A DNA stretch of 58,918 nt, the filler included, from Platydemus manokwari (lineage: Eukaryota): assembly GCA_037951405.1 (NCBI GenBank). It is 5 parts of 5 records of this genome, joined end to end, with 100 filler letters (N's around TTAATTAATTAA, not from the genome) between each part and the next. Parts side by side here need not be neighbours in the genome. Positions count along the whole stretch, not along the records: positions 8,940 to 20,311 come from JBBMOY010633324.1; positions 20,412 to 29,452 come from JBBMOY011309094.1; 3 more parts are not named here. The stretch is one strand, 5' to 3'. How positions within the stretch are numbered: position 1 is the first letter of the stretch; every line of letters begins with the position of its first letter. Position numbers and translations under genes: made by a program. Shown piece after piece: positions 13,921 to 27,599 of this stretch. The notes under the pieces were generated by a model that was given only the letters and a program-made list of their open reading frames with translations, was not told the DNA's origin and searched no databases.

Positions 13921-14149
13921 CCCTTTCAATACTGCGGGGATATATAAGTTCCAGAGAATGTTCGAAAATTACTGATGCGAAAAATATTCACATTAAACTA
14001 ATGCAGGGACATATGTGTCCCAAGGCATTTTTTCAAAAAACCGTACTTTCTAAAAATCTGAAATTATGTAAATATGTTCCTTTATTTATTTGCAGCACAG
14101 TTCAGTTATACAAAAATATTTTCACTGACCAAAAGTCGTATTGAAAGGG
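13921..14149. mobile_element. piggyBac-type MITE (229 bp)
   Basis: Perfect 12-bp terminal inverted repeats CCCTTTCAATAC...GTATTGAAAGGG, flanked by TTAA on both sides (13917-13920, 14150-14153). CCC..GGG ends with a TTAA TSD are the piggyBac hallmark. Internal near-palindrome GGGACATATGTGTCCC at 14006-14021. Confidence 0.88.
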
Positions 14150-14695
14150 TTAAATACTGAATAAAATAATAGTTATTATAATATATTGAATAATAAAGTA
14201 AAAGTTATTTAAAATAAATAGAAAAATCATCAATGCTTCAAGGAATAACTTGATATTATTAAATATAAAAGGATCGTGTATTTGTGCATCAATATTTACA
14301 TCGTATGAATTATCACATAGCGATAATGAAATGGATACTTTATCTAACTAGAGATAAAATGAACTGAATAAAATTTCGGCACAGATAACAAAATTGAGTA
14401 AATTTTTTGACAGAGATAATCTAATAAAATTAAATGATATACAATGGAAAAAGAAATTTATTGAATTTTTGCACCAAATTACCAACAAACATCATGTATA
14501 TAAACCATCGTATTCAGAATGAATGCTACTTCTGGGTCGTTTAGATTATTGCTTTGTCGGTATTCAATTTATTTTGATGATTATGAGAATGAGAGTTTTT
14601 AATTAAATTTGGCTTTTCTATTAAGGGCTTATGTCAGTCTCGGTGGTTTGAAGTTGCTTTAGGCCCTGGGCGTAACTATGCCTATTGCGAAATGT

Positions 14696-14726
14696 TCTTT
14701 TGTCTTTTTGTCTTTTTGTCTTTTTG
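14696..14726. repeat. Short tandem repeat (TCTTTTTG) x ~4
   Basis: tcttttg tctttttg tctttttg tctttttg. Confidence 0.8.
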
Positions 14727-15189
14727 AGGTCTACATTTTCAAAGTTGTATGATAAAGTTAACGTAACCACCTGTTGATTATTCGTTGGAACGCTGTCTCG
14801 TATTTGATGAAAAACTATTGTTTTGTTTATCTTGTTTAAATGGTATCAACACAATGGTCAAAAGGTTCAAATATATAAGACACAAGTTGATAGTGCGCAA
14901 TTGTTACATTTGAGGTTGATAGATTCTACTAAATTATTGGCCATCACTATCTACGTTTTATACCAACCTACTCAGTTATATTCGAACACCAGGTATCTAA
15001 TTAACCTTAATTAATTGATCTTCTTTCATTTCGAATTTCAACAATCTATATAAAGATGAGTAGAAAGGTGTAGATAATGGAATTGTTAGATTATTAACTA
15101 ACACTGAAAGTTGGAAATTATGATTTGAATTACAGAATCAATCCGGGAGCAATTGCAACTAAAAATCATAATAAAATGACAATAGTTAA

Positions 15190-15610
15190 TCCCTCAAGAC
15201 GGGATCAGCACCCAAAAATTCAATACAGAAGACTGGCTGTCGGAAAAATCACACAAAAATCACTAAACAGAAAATGAAGGTTACCGATCCAAAAAGAATA
15301 GCAGTTACTCTTGGAATCCAAATCCTTTTTTGAGCTTATTGTGTGTGTCCACTTGATTTCCTAACACTTCGTTTTTCAATTCAATTTACAATTCCTCTTA
15401 TATCTCTCGTGCCATTGGCGAATATCGGTGTTTGTTGCCATTTGTTGGTATGGGCCAATTGATCATTGATTTCTAAATACGAATCGATATATTGAAGGAA
15501 ACTGTTTGACTATTGGGACTTGCGCTTATTGAATTTGTGTATCAACCTTTTGAGAGTTATTTTCATAGTTTCCGTGAACATTTTGGATTGCTTTTGACCT
15601 ACTCAACAGA
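15190..15610 (+). repeat. Diverged dispersed repeat, copy 1
   Basis: Shares colinear blocks with 17610-18047: GATCAGCACCCAAAA, GTTACCGA, TAGCAGTTACTCwTGGAA, TGTGTGTG..CTTGAT, and terminal TGAyCTACTmAACA. Confidence 0.75.
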
Positions 15611-16899
15611 ATCATTTTATATTTTACTGCTATATCAGTCTCTTCTATTTTCTCACTAGATTCATTATCACTTTTATCAGTCTCTATATATATTTAATAT
15701 ACCACTGATCGGTTCCGAAAAAGTGATGAATTATATTTAAAATGATTTCGGTTATCCAAACAAACCTTAATGGCGACTTACCAGTTGAACAGATGAACAC
15801 AGTTGACAATAACATTTTTTATTATTACTATGACAGCAATTGATATAAATTTTTAACTATAATTTGATACAAAGAAAAGTTGGATTATAAATATAACAAT
15901 TCATAGAAGTTTTATGATCAATAAACCCTATTGGATAAATATGTTTCGTAAGAATCAGCGTAGATAGTGGTGAAGTTATAGATGATTTTACAATCAAAGA
16001 TCTAACGTGTGTCGGGAAGAAATCTTCTTGGGAAAAAGGTCTTTAGAATATTTAATATTTAAATTATTTTCCAGTATATACTGTGTTTATACGCTTCTAG
16101 TCTTTTAATTGAATTGGATTTCGTGATTGGACTTCACATTTTCACACAAAAATTAAAGCTCGGTAACCCCATATAGGAAATTTATTACACAATAAATAAT
16201 AAAGCCCTATAATATACCAGTTTATCAACAATAAAATTAAAACTAACAATGTAACTAACAATACTATTTCTCAAGGGATTTTGGCTATCGGTCATTTTAC
16301 AAAAAATTGACTGAAAATTTCATTGGCAGTTGTAGAGATGGTGTTTTGTAATTAAATGAAGTTGAATTTAAAGAGTTCCACAGAACCGTATGTACGACCA
16401 TGGATAAAACTAATTTTACAAATATAATATTTATTCGAATTCATTTCGAAATTAACTTGAGAATACAAAACCGAATTAATTAAATGAATGGCAATAAAAT
16501 CGGGATATACTTGCAAAAATATTTGATAAAATGTTCTCCAAATAAAAGGGAAACACAAATGTAAATTGTTCATACTGAAATTTAAATGTTAGCGTTTAGT
16601 GTCGAAAAGTAATTTTTAAATTAAATGTTTCCAGCTAAATTTTCATTTCCATTTAAACAAAATATGGGCTCTATGTGCAACCACTGTTAATTCACTTTAT
16701 TTTAATGCAAATGGCTTTGTTCTCATGCGGTATTAAAATTTCCGAGTCTTTGTTCGATTATTTTTGCCCAAACTTCTTCATCGCTGTCTTTATTATAATT
16801 TTTTTCTTTATAAAATATCCTCTTTGTTTTGATAATATTTTTTTAAAAAAAAATTATTTTATTATTCTATATTTTATATTTTGATCCACAATATCGAGG

Positions 16900-17480
16900 T
16901 TTTTATTTATTTAAATTTGATTATATTGGGATCAATCGATTGTAAACGTGTTAAATTTGTGTTGTTTTTAATAAATTGTTGCACTAAACATTTACTTGGC
17001 TTCTCGTTCAGATAAACATGACCCTTTAGCAAGCTTTGAACCAAATCGTTATCAAGTTTATAAATCGAGCTTATGTCGTTGATTGTATATATAGAATCCA
17101 ACAGATTAATTCTGCCTCTTTTATAATACAATAGTTTTTTTTAATTTTTTTATATTTTACTGTTTAGTAAATAAATCCCTATAATTTATTTACCGTTTTT
17201 TCATTAACCAACTCCATTGTTTGTCGAAATATTCGAATATATTCTTATAAAAATATTCGTATACATTTGACATAACCAGATTACTGTTGTAACTCTACGT
17301 GTTGTGATCTTTCATTCTTATTTCTGTTACATCGGATTTCATAACTATTGATAATAGCAGATTAGCGTCAGTAGATAAAAAATCTAAGAAAGTGATAGAC
17401 TCCAGTTGACGTGTTTCCAGTATTTTAGGCGGTTCATAAGCTTACTTTAGTGCCCCAAGGATTTGCACTGGCGCTCTTTT
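16900..17480 (-). mobile_element. Possible decayed DNA-transposon (MULE-like) transposase fragment
   Basis: Broken frames with LSTDA./SAIINSY (cf. MULE TD.E.AI.NA) and NIFEYFDKQWSW (cf. F..YF...W). Confidence 0.2.
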
Positions 17481-17609
17481 AAGGAGCTATTTATAATTAA
17501 TAATAGGTTTTTAATCAATAATTAAACCTGAAAATAATGTTGACCAAAATGTTACAATCTCAATCACAATAACTACAGTTAAACCTCTTTCACATCAACG
17601 ACAGTCTAT

Positions 17610-18047
17610 CACGCAAGATGTGATCAGCACCCAAAAGTCAAAGACAGAATAGAAAACAACCAAAAAAATGGTTTCTGAAAATCATGCAAAATTACGAATA
17701 ATACAAGTTACCGACCAAACAAGACTAGCAGTTACTCATGGAACTCAACTTCTATTTTAGACCTACTGTGTGTGCCTGCTTGATGTCACGGGCCTTCTTT
17801 TTCCATTTTCTGTATTCGGTCTGCTTGAACTTTTCCTCGTATCTTTTATGCTATTTGCAGATATTTGAGTTTTCTGCCATTATTATTATGTGCCTATCAA
17901 TTCTTAAGAGATAAATATGGATTAATATTAGAACGAATCTGATTAGCTGATGCACATGTGTTTATCAGATCTGTGTGTGTCGACCCTTTTAAGATTATTT
18001 CATTTGTTTCTCTAAACTTTTTGGTTGATTTATGATCTACTAAACAT
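17610..18047 (+). repeat. Diverged dispersed repeat, copy 2
   Basis: Direct-orientation homolog of 15190-15610 (GATCAGCACCCAAAA at 17622, TAGCAGTTACTCATGGAA at 17727). Confidence 0.75.
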
Positions 18048-20311
18048 TAAGATGACTGGATGGTAGAAGATTAAAGATTCATCAACAATGGCTATCAACT
18101 TGAGATTCGGTATTTGAAAATTATTTTATTAACGCAGGCTAATTAAAATTTGTCTATATTTTAGAATTGGATTAGCCTTCAGTCAAAATGTTTATATTTA
18201 TATCTTTTTTCAACGATAGTAATTAATATCAATAAAATCAAATATTGTTTTTCGAGAAAAAAATGGATACAAATTGTTTTTTATAACGCAACACGTGAAC
18301 ATTTTATTATAAAATCAAAATAAATATGAAATCTATAGGAAATTGGTACCTAGGTTAAAGGTGTTTAACTGAAATGACTTACTACTCCACAAATAATCTT
18401 ACTCGAATATTTTGGAATAAAGATTGGAGTGGAACAGAAAGAATTTCATTAGATCATCTATTATGATTAAAATCTTTACAAAACAAATTTTATCTTAAAA
18501 ATTAATGTAATTTTTGTTCTTCTATTATATTCTAAATATTTTATATCATGCGTTAATTAAGCTGGTTGCATAGGGCGGTTGATTTTTTTTTTAAATATTT
18601 TCATCTGCGAGCCAATTACTTCTCTTTAATTTAAAAATGTTAAGTAACATAAAGAAAGATTCACAGGTGCTCCAAATACATCTGCAATGAGCATTGCTTG
18701 AAGATTCAGTTTGAAAAATCTTAATTCCATACAAGCTTTTGAATTTAACTATTTCTATAATTAACTCCAAGCGAGTTCAACCGCACGAATGAAGGCCCTA
18801 ATCTTCGTATGATAATCATAATAATTGTTTGATTTTTATACATTACCGTGATCTCAGTGTGATTCTTTAAACCCAACAGACGAGTTCTTGTTATTTCCAC
18901 AAACTGACTATTGAAAAAACAATATTTGAATTATTGATCTAAATTTATTGATCTATAAAGTATATTTTTTATGCTTGTTTATATATCAATTCTTTAAAAC
19001 CATTTTAGTGTGTCAACTCTATGAAACAAATTAATGTGTTCACTTTTTGTAAAAATTCCTGGAATTATTATCCATGATGATGATCTGATGTTACGAATTT
19101 TAAGAACAATAATATTTTTCTATTTTTATTCTTATTGCTAAAACCTTGAAAGAGCGAGGACATGGTTCAATTATTGACAACTAAACTATTAATAAGAATT
19201 TAATTTTTAAGATAAATAATAATTTTATTAATAACAACAAGAATATCTAAAAGCGATTTTCCATAATAATCAATGAATGCCCTAGCTTATAATTGGAAAC
19301 CACTAGAAGAGATCTTTGCTTGAATTTGTTCAACAGACATTTTGCCAAGACTTCAAGTGAACGTGAATTCGATTTTTTATCAACTACTGATCGATATTAT
19401 ATATCCACCGTGTATCATTTCACTATCGAACTTTACTTCAAAGCAACACCTTCAGGTGTTTAATTTTGATCCAAGAGAAATGATTTATTAACCGTTCTTT
19501 ATTTAAAGTTGTTGCGTAAGGTTTAATTGTTGTTTTTAAAACATTATTAGCTGTAATTTTTATATTCATTGTAATCCTTGTATCAATCAATAAATCCTAG
19601 TGTATGTAATAGCTTAAGGATCGAAGAATTAATAATAGTAAATTAAATAAATATCATAAGTTTCAGCGAATTTAATAGTATTGAGACTGATAATAAAATA
19701 CATAGAATCATTGTTGACGCACGCATTATCTTCATATGATATTGTTGCACAAAGTGAAGAAATTAATCATGAATATAGACTGTTGTAACTGCGACCTTGA
19801 ACCATAACTCAATGAGACTGATCAAGACAGCAGTCATCCTCAATAAATTCGAATAACAAAAGAATAAATAAATCTCATAAGACTCAAACACAACGTATCC
19901 ATATAATTTAATTAAATACACAGAAAGAAATTCATTCAAATATCAAATTTTTATGGGAATCACAGAATTACAAAGATTATCGCACTAAATTACGCTAAAA
20001 TATGGTATTAAACAGACTTAAGAAAAGACGACCTATCGAAATTTATCATAAAGTTTAATTAATAAAGATTTTTTTGTGGCAACTTATGACACAAACCAAC
20101 ACTTTCATCGATTTGAATCCACAAATCATTTTGAAATCATTTGTGTCAATTCAAATTTTTCCAATTTTACCACCTTCGATTCTTTTCCTAGACTATTGAA
20201 ACAATCAACAAGGTTTTTTGGTGAATTCTAATTGATGTTGATCGGGGTATAAAGTCCTTTTCCTTATTTTATGAATTGATTAGAATTGATCTACTAGTCG
20301 ATTACCTGACC

Positions 20312-20411
20312 NNNNNNNNNNNNNNNNNNNNNNNNNNNNNNNNNNNNNNNNNNNNTTAATTAATTAANNNNNNNNNNNNNNNNNNNNNNNNNNNNNNNNN
20401 NNNNNNNNNNN
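20312..20411. other. Assembly gap spacer
   Basis: N44-TTAATTAATTAA-N44. Confidence 0.97.
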
Positions 20412-20980
20412 CAAAGTCCTATTTTCAGCATAAGCCTGCTTTAAGCACTCTAATTTTTTCAAAGTAGGTTTGCCGGTCATCCTCCAACACCCAAAAGAAG
20501 ACCATTCAGGATAGATAGTACGTTGAAGGACAATGAAACAATTTTTCCTCATTTTCAAATATGAGGTTTTTAATTGCAACAACCTTAATATTGAAGCTGG
20601 AAAAGCAGACTTGTCATCCGATTGGTCCTTGTTAAGGTATTTTAATTGTTCTCATTGCAATTGCGAAACCGTTAAATCCCATGTTGTTATTTTCCCTCAC
20701 TACCTCACCGAATCTGTATTGGGTAATTTACAAGCCTATTGCCTTTAATGGGTGTAGTATCCGTACCCCAGGCTCACACTTGGGAATATATGCTTGTCTA
20801 AATCGATACATAATTGTGCAGATAATCATCCAATATTACACAACATTTTCGAAAATATTTTGAATTTTAATATTTATGTATTTTCGATTCGATCAATAAA
20901 ATGTATTAATTTATCGATTTGTTATTTCATGAATATTATTACAGCTAATACAGTTTCCCAGCATCATTGAACACTGTTCA

Positions 20981-22167
20981 TCAACCAGTGAAAAAATGAA
21001 AATATATTAAAAACTGCCAATCAATAAATGATGGAATTTGGCATCCCCGCATCTTACAAATAATCCCTAGCAAATTACTAACACAATATTGGCTACCGTA
21101 TTCAATATTCCAAGGGAAATACATTTTTTTTCCTAAAATCCGAAAATTAACAAAGAAAAATTTAATGGAAAAATTATAGATTTTCTGCCACCAATGGTGA
21201 AGATCAGTGAGGGTTGGGTTTGAACCTAAGGTAATCATTTCAATTATCGATTTTAATTATAATAAGTTGATTCCCATTTAATATTTACCTAACAAATCTT
21301 CATCTGTGTCCAAATTCGGTGGCTTATTGTCGCTACTGAAATGGAATTGCAATCAATTCATTGATCTAAACAGATCCTTACATATTAAGATCTGATTTAT
21401 TGATTGGAGGCGGTCTTAAAGGTGGTGGTCGCTTCGGTGCACATATTTCCAATGATGTTTTGTCAACCAAATTCGTACAGCTATTGGTTTGCTCATAGAG
21501 ATTGAAAGGTTTGAGGAAACCTGCAGATTTTCCAATTTCTTTAGGCGGAGAACAGCTTCGAGCTCTGTTATGGATGTTGTCACCTAAATAATTTATTAAT
21601 ATGACGAAGATGGAAACATCATAATTCATATAAGGCCAATTAATTTATGATTGTCATAACAGCATGGTTGATATAATGATTGACCAGTCTACTATTAATA
21701 CTTTATTTATAATAGAAATGAATATTATATTCAATAAAATTTATTTATTGATTCGATCCATATATAATCCATTAATAAATTATATTGTTTGTTTCATGGA
21801 TTAGAATTTAAGAAATTATGTTTATCACAACCAGAAATATTATCGATATGTCGAAACCTTTGGAGAATGAAATATTATTAAACAAATCAATCGGATTGGA
21901 TGTAATAACTGATTACCTTCGATTTTGAGATCATCTTCATCTTCGTTGAAAAATTCGTCTTTACTTATCATCGATTGTCGATTTTTGGTATCTTTCAATA
22001 ATTCAGATAATAAAAGAGGAATGGGAATATCTTTGACGATTTCAGATTCAGTCAACAATTTCTTCATGTCATCTTCCCAACCGTCATCATATGGTTTCAC
22101 ATTGATCAAATAATCCGTATTGTAGAGAATTGTTTTGTCAAATCTCTCAATGGCCTCAATAACATAT
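20981..22167 (-). CDS. SYNJ: Synaptojanin-like gene, 3' exons (end of the RRM-like domain and proline-rich tail)
   Basis: Exons 21917-22167, 21382-21583, 21289-21335 and ~20981-21225 with phase-consistent GT-AG junctions (phases 2,1,2,1; introns 333, 46 and 63 nt). Reads KYVIEAIERFDKTILYNTDYLINVKPYDDGWEDDMKK...APKRPPPLRPPP. The extent of the last exon is uncertain. Confidence 0.7.
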
Positions 22168-23949
22168 CTGAAAGAATTGATACCAATAAATTTATAATAA
22201 TATCATAGTTGTTATAAAGTGATATTACGCAGTTGATAATATTTCATAGATTAACGGTATGAAACAAAAATAGGATCACGTTTTAAAGATGAAAATGAAT
22301 AAACCAAATATATACCATTATTATCAACACTTTATTATTTTGGACATGAATTTCGATCTGGATGAATTTTAATCTGAATTCATTCACATTTTTCCATAAA
22401 CCTTATTCTCATCTTAAGTGTTCAAAAGAAACCCATTTTTATTAAACTTGACGAACGTGATAGGTATCAATGATAATATTCAATTCTTCCAATCTACCGC
22501 TGTGGGAAAATTTGATCAATATAGTTTATTACTGCAAAATCATACAAAGTAGCTTCTACGTGTAAATAGAGGAACAGTTAATCGAAATTATGCCTATTTT
22601 TAACATCGGTACAACAAAATCAAGAAGGAAATTTCAATGTTAGAGGTCATTAGGTTACATTTGGTTGATTTGAGATCAATTGACCAACAACAAATGAATT
22701 CTTATAAAATCTCATAAATAATTTTTTATTTTTAAAATATTTTAATTTATTAGAATGGTTTGTCTTTATCGCAATATTCTTAATCATCAAAGATACTTTT
22801 TCACCCAAATTCACTTTCATCTTGAAGAGTTCAATTCAATTCGATTTCTAGAATCCTAGTAAAAAATTTCGATGACAAAAATTTCACATTTCCCAATATC
22901 AAAGCTTATGACACCCTTTCACCCAAATAAAAGGAATATATACAATAAACAGATGAGAAAGGATTGAATTACTTAAATAAAGAATAAGTTAATAAATTAT
23001 AAATAATCGAATAGGTAGACTGGAGGTTGATATTGATACTGAATCATATTTTTCAATGTCTTTTTTAAGGTGAGATTATTTCTTGAACGAATCTTTCTAC
23101 TATGAGGTGAAATTGAAGTCATTTTGTTCATTTATATTAATATCGAAATATTTAAGGGCTTGCGTTTTAATAAATATTAAAATGTTGATAATTCTAGTGG
23201 TGGATAATCAACCAATCCAATTAGAATAAACACTGTTTAAAAAGAGCGTGTTTTTTATGGATATAAATCGACTTAAAATCAATGAAGTAACTTATTCAAT
23301 TATTGTAGAAGATAAAAGTCCAAATGAAATATAAATTTTTCTTGAAAAATAAACTCTAGAAAAAATAGATTCGTGAGTGAATATTTGGGTCACCATTATT
23401 ATTTTCTATCAATTTGTAACATTTTTGACTTATTTATTTCCATTTATAAATTATCGTTATTAAAAAATCAATATCTAAGTGCATTGAACAATAGCAAGAC
23501 ATATTGATATTACTGATCTAATAAAATTTTACTGCACAATAAATGCCATATCCATTAGAAACTCTCAAATTTTGAGCTACTTTCAAACTAAAATTTGATG
23601 ACTAATGACAGCAAATTTTATTGATTAAAATATGGCATGGAATTGTAGAATATTAAAGTCACTGTGGCCATTTTCAATATAAATACTTCATTAAATATTA
23701 AATTAAGAATGGGGTCAAATTGATTTGATTTAAAATCAGTCTTGATTCTCTAATCGTTTTTCTTCCATTAATTTAATGATTTTTCAGTCAAATAAGTATT
23801 TACAGAACACACCAAACTTTGATTCTAATCAATTGTTTAATATCTTTTCTCATACATTATTTATCAGTTCCTGTAAATAATAAAATCCGATTAATTATAA
23901 ATGCAAATTATTAATTCAGAGCTTTATCTTTACACCCACGCACCCCCGC

Positions 23950-24800
23950 AAACAGAATAAAATGAGACTTGTTCAGTAAATGTTCGATCAATAATTAAGG
24001 TTTTTCTTTGAATATCAAATATGGATATGATAAGACCAAATTGAAATTATTTTTTGTCATTGATGATTGGAGAATTTGATTGTATAATTGTTGAAAATTA
24101 AAATTGATCTATATAAAATCAAAAATTTCTCGCAAGACCAATTACAGGACATCTGATTAACCAAACAACTTAAAAAGAAGTAAACCGTCACAGCACCAAT
24201 ACAAATTGATTTGTTAAATAACTTATAATATTTTGTCATTTCAATTTTCGCAACATAAATCAGCAAACGTAGATGATTTGTTATTGACCATAACTAATGG
24301 AGTGGGATTACACAATTATTATTAATCTATGATTAATAGTTGTTTTATTATTGTGAATGATATGGATATATACAATATGTATACAATATATCTCATGTGA
24401 CGTTTGTTTTTCATTTATCGAAATATCCCATAATATGTTTCAGTTGATTTTCCAAGCCTATTAAGATCACATGATTCCTGTGCGAAGAGAACAAATGATC
24501 AAAAGATTATGGCTCATCTAAAGAAAGGCTAATATGAAAACTAAGCAATTTTCTAGTTGCAATTCAAACAAATCTCAACAAATGATTATTGATTTTTCTT
24601 TCCTCGATAATTTTTATACATGTGACCGAAAACAAGGCTCCCTCAGAAAGTTGCAATTTTTCAAAACTTTATGAAATTGATTAAATATATTTTATTAACA
24701 TACTCTTTCTCCCTGAAACTTCCCTATTTTGCTTAAACTCTTGCAAATTGTTATTCACTTATTCTGTTTCATATTAATCCAATACTACTGACTAAACACG
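23950..24800 (-). pseudogene. Possible LRR-GPCR relic C inside the synaptojanin intron
   Basis: Broken frames INMKQNK, NNHLLRF, MSHNLL, LIGLENQLKHI, then hinge-like LCNPTP..NKSSTFADL and hydrophobic ICIGAVTVYFF. Confidence 0.25.
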
Positions 24801-26059
24801 CAATATCATTGTCGTTGTCATAGTAACCATGTTTATAAAGCTACATTATTAAAATTAATAATACCGGCATGTGGTGACTATATGTTGAATATTCGTTATA
24901 AATTTTATTTAAAATAATTGATATCCACTGGTACAATCGATCAACATCAATATTTCCCAAATCACGTCATATCAAGCAAATCCAAGAAAGCACCAATTAA
25001 TCATATATTGTGTAAATAAAAGAAGTTGATAAATATCGAAGCACGTCGACTAATTGTTACTAAAATATACAATTTGGAGATTCGAACAATTATCGGGCGT
25101 GTTTATTGTTTATTTTCTGATATTATGTTGCGATATCAAGACGTTGAAATCATAATGATTGTTAGATAACAGAAATATTGTATGATGTAACGGATTTGAC
25201 AAATACAAGCATTAAGTAGATTGTTATTCGACGAGTTTTGAAAAATTATTGATAACCATTACCAGTTTTTTTTCGGAATCGAACGACGTGATATTATCGA
25301 ATTGGACTACAAATGATTTATTGATTTATCTCATTGAAAACATTGAATCAAAAACCAATGTTTTAAAAAGATCAAAGAATTATTTTATTCTGAAAACGAA
25401 TTTCGAATCAAATATATTTTTCTATCCTTTTGACAAAGGCCAATGAATGTTTTATAATCTATCTGATGTCATATCTTAACTTGAATTGTAATGATCAATA
25501 ACTATAACATGATTTCAGTAAACAAGTTTAAAAATTAGAAAAATGAATCGACATTTTAGTGAAATCACTCAACAAAGAATCATGAAAGCTCTCCCATGTA
25601 ATAAATTATAATTTCAACACAAACTCATTGAAAATCTAGGTTTATAATCACAGTAATAAATTATATTTCTCTTATCAAATATCGAGTGTGTATAAGTAGA
25701 ATGTTTTCCTAAATATTCAATTCATCCTTTTCAAACTAATCCCACTGGTTGTATATTTATTAGAATCGACAAACAAAAATGGAGATATTCATAAATAATT
25801 CTGTGATGTGTTCTCCAATCACAGCACAGATTTCAATGAGCCAATACAAAATAATTTGTGCTTATTAAGCAGAACTGAAATACAACCTTTAATCGATTTA
25901 TCGATATATTTTCTCGGGTGTATTTCTTTCGAAAAACAAATAACATACTCATATGAGTAAAATAGAGTAGGGTAGGGTAATGTGTTTAAATTGACAAAAT
26001 ATTGATTAAAATTATTAACGTTGACCGAAGTGTTTGATTTGATAAATTGGTTAAAGAAA

Positions 26060-26353
26060 TATAATATTCAAAAATATGATTTTGTGTCAAATCAATGTCA
26101 GGATGCAAAACATTGGACTGCAAAATAGTTAAAGATTTAAAGGATTGTTAACAAGAAGCATTATCCAACAATAAGGAATTATGCAGACCAATTGAATCCT
26201 GAAGAAATGTTAAAGATGTCTTGAAGTTGAAGGACAACATTTCGTATATTTATTATGGTTTATTTCATTGGGGCGCTCTCAAATTTCATTTGTCAAAGTT
26301 GTATCTCGATTTTAGTAAATTTTCGATGAAGTCTACATTTGAGATACCCTATA
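26060..26353 (+). mobile_element. 3' end of a Tc1/mariner-superfamily element (transposase C-terminus and right TIR)
   Basis: RCLEVEGQHFVYLL matches the C-terminal C...G.HFE.LL motif of Tc1-like transposases. The element ends in TTTGAGATACCCTA|TA (reverse complement TA|TAGGGTATCTCAAA, cf. CAGGGTGTCTCAAA-type TIRs). It lies in the synaptojanin intron. Confidence 0.55.
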
Positions 26354-26769
26354 CTTCCAATCTACCGAAAACGTTCATCCATTAATTAAGGGAAAACATC
26401 GTTAAAATGATTACCAATAATTTGTAAAAATATATTATTGATTAAAGGTCTCAAGGTAGCTTTTGTATTTCTGTAACAGCCACTTGAAGCATTTTATTCG
26501 TTTATAATAGAAATCTATCATTTTTTTATTATTACCAACTCACTTCTTGAGCAAAAAAATCAATAAGAATAATCTTAGTGTTTACAAATCGGTGCAAAGC
26601 AAAATTTATATCAAATATTACGTCATTGAAATCATTAAAACAACTTCAATCCCCCGAACATTTTTAGCCAATAATACACATGTCATTGTCAAACGACTCG
26701 TTTTCGTCATTTGTTCTCACCAAGAAACCATTCATCATTATCAATAAAATTAACAGCAACATGAATTAC

Positions 26770-26984
26770 TTGCTATCGGAATAGTTGAAAAGAACATCGG
26801 ATTCTTCGAATCGAACCAAAACTATTTGTCCGATCTCACAGAAAACCGTAATCAACACGTTCAATAGATCATTTGGAATATCTGATGACGATTCGAAACT
26901 TTGTATTTGAACTCGTACGATGGCATTTCTCGGTCCGAATTTCAACATCGATTGCAGAACAAATTCATCGAAATTACGATTAAT
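26770..26984 (-). CDS. SYNJ: Synaptojanin-like exon (DUF1866/RRM-like domain)
   Basis: INRNFDEFVLQSMLKFGPRNAIVRVQIQ...DLLNVLITVFCEIGQIVLVRFEESDVLFNYSDSK aligns by eye with synaptojanin GPPDGTV.V....LIDELLQQF..FGEVILIRF. AG acceptor at 26985-26986. The GTAATT donor (phase 2) is compatible with the exon at 22167 across a 4.6-kb intron. Confidence 0.78.
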
Positions 26985-27599
26985 CTGCGAATTTAAAATT
27001 ATATTGTGTGTAAAGAATGATGAAGAATGTTTTATTTGCATTATTGAATGAATATGTTCAGTTTAGGATCAATCGATAATATCATATTTGGGGATTATGT
27101 CATGATAAATTAGATGGATTCAGGTTGTCAAAATTAAGTATTGTTCCAGATGGAATATGAAGTACATTTCAAAATATCGATCTTGCTTACAGATATAGAA
27201 TCTTTTATTTTGAATTGATCAAATAACGAATAATATTTAATCATTAACTTATTTCAGTGCTCTTCCTCTTCGTAAAAATTATAATAGAAAATTCCTCCTA
27301 GCTGCCAGTTTTAACAAATATTTTAATGATTTATTTTTCTTTTTGACATGATAACGTTGTTTAAATATTAATTGTTTATGAAAAAATTTCCATTGGACCT
27401 TATTTATGGCAAAACGAAAGTGTGTCAAGTTAACTGTTGTTGAAAAGAAACACAAAACACGCCTGCGATCACAATTATGACCGGAATTTAAATTGCAAAA
27501 AATAATACATCAAATTTAGCAGAAAATAAACCGAAAAAATTTAATTGATTTATAAAACTAATCAATAACTAAATGATTGATTGCAATGCATTGAATTGA

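Noticed and set aside
20412-20760. Coding-like fragment next to a gap (possible transposase)
   Set aside because: No diagnostic motif and truncated by the gap.
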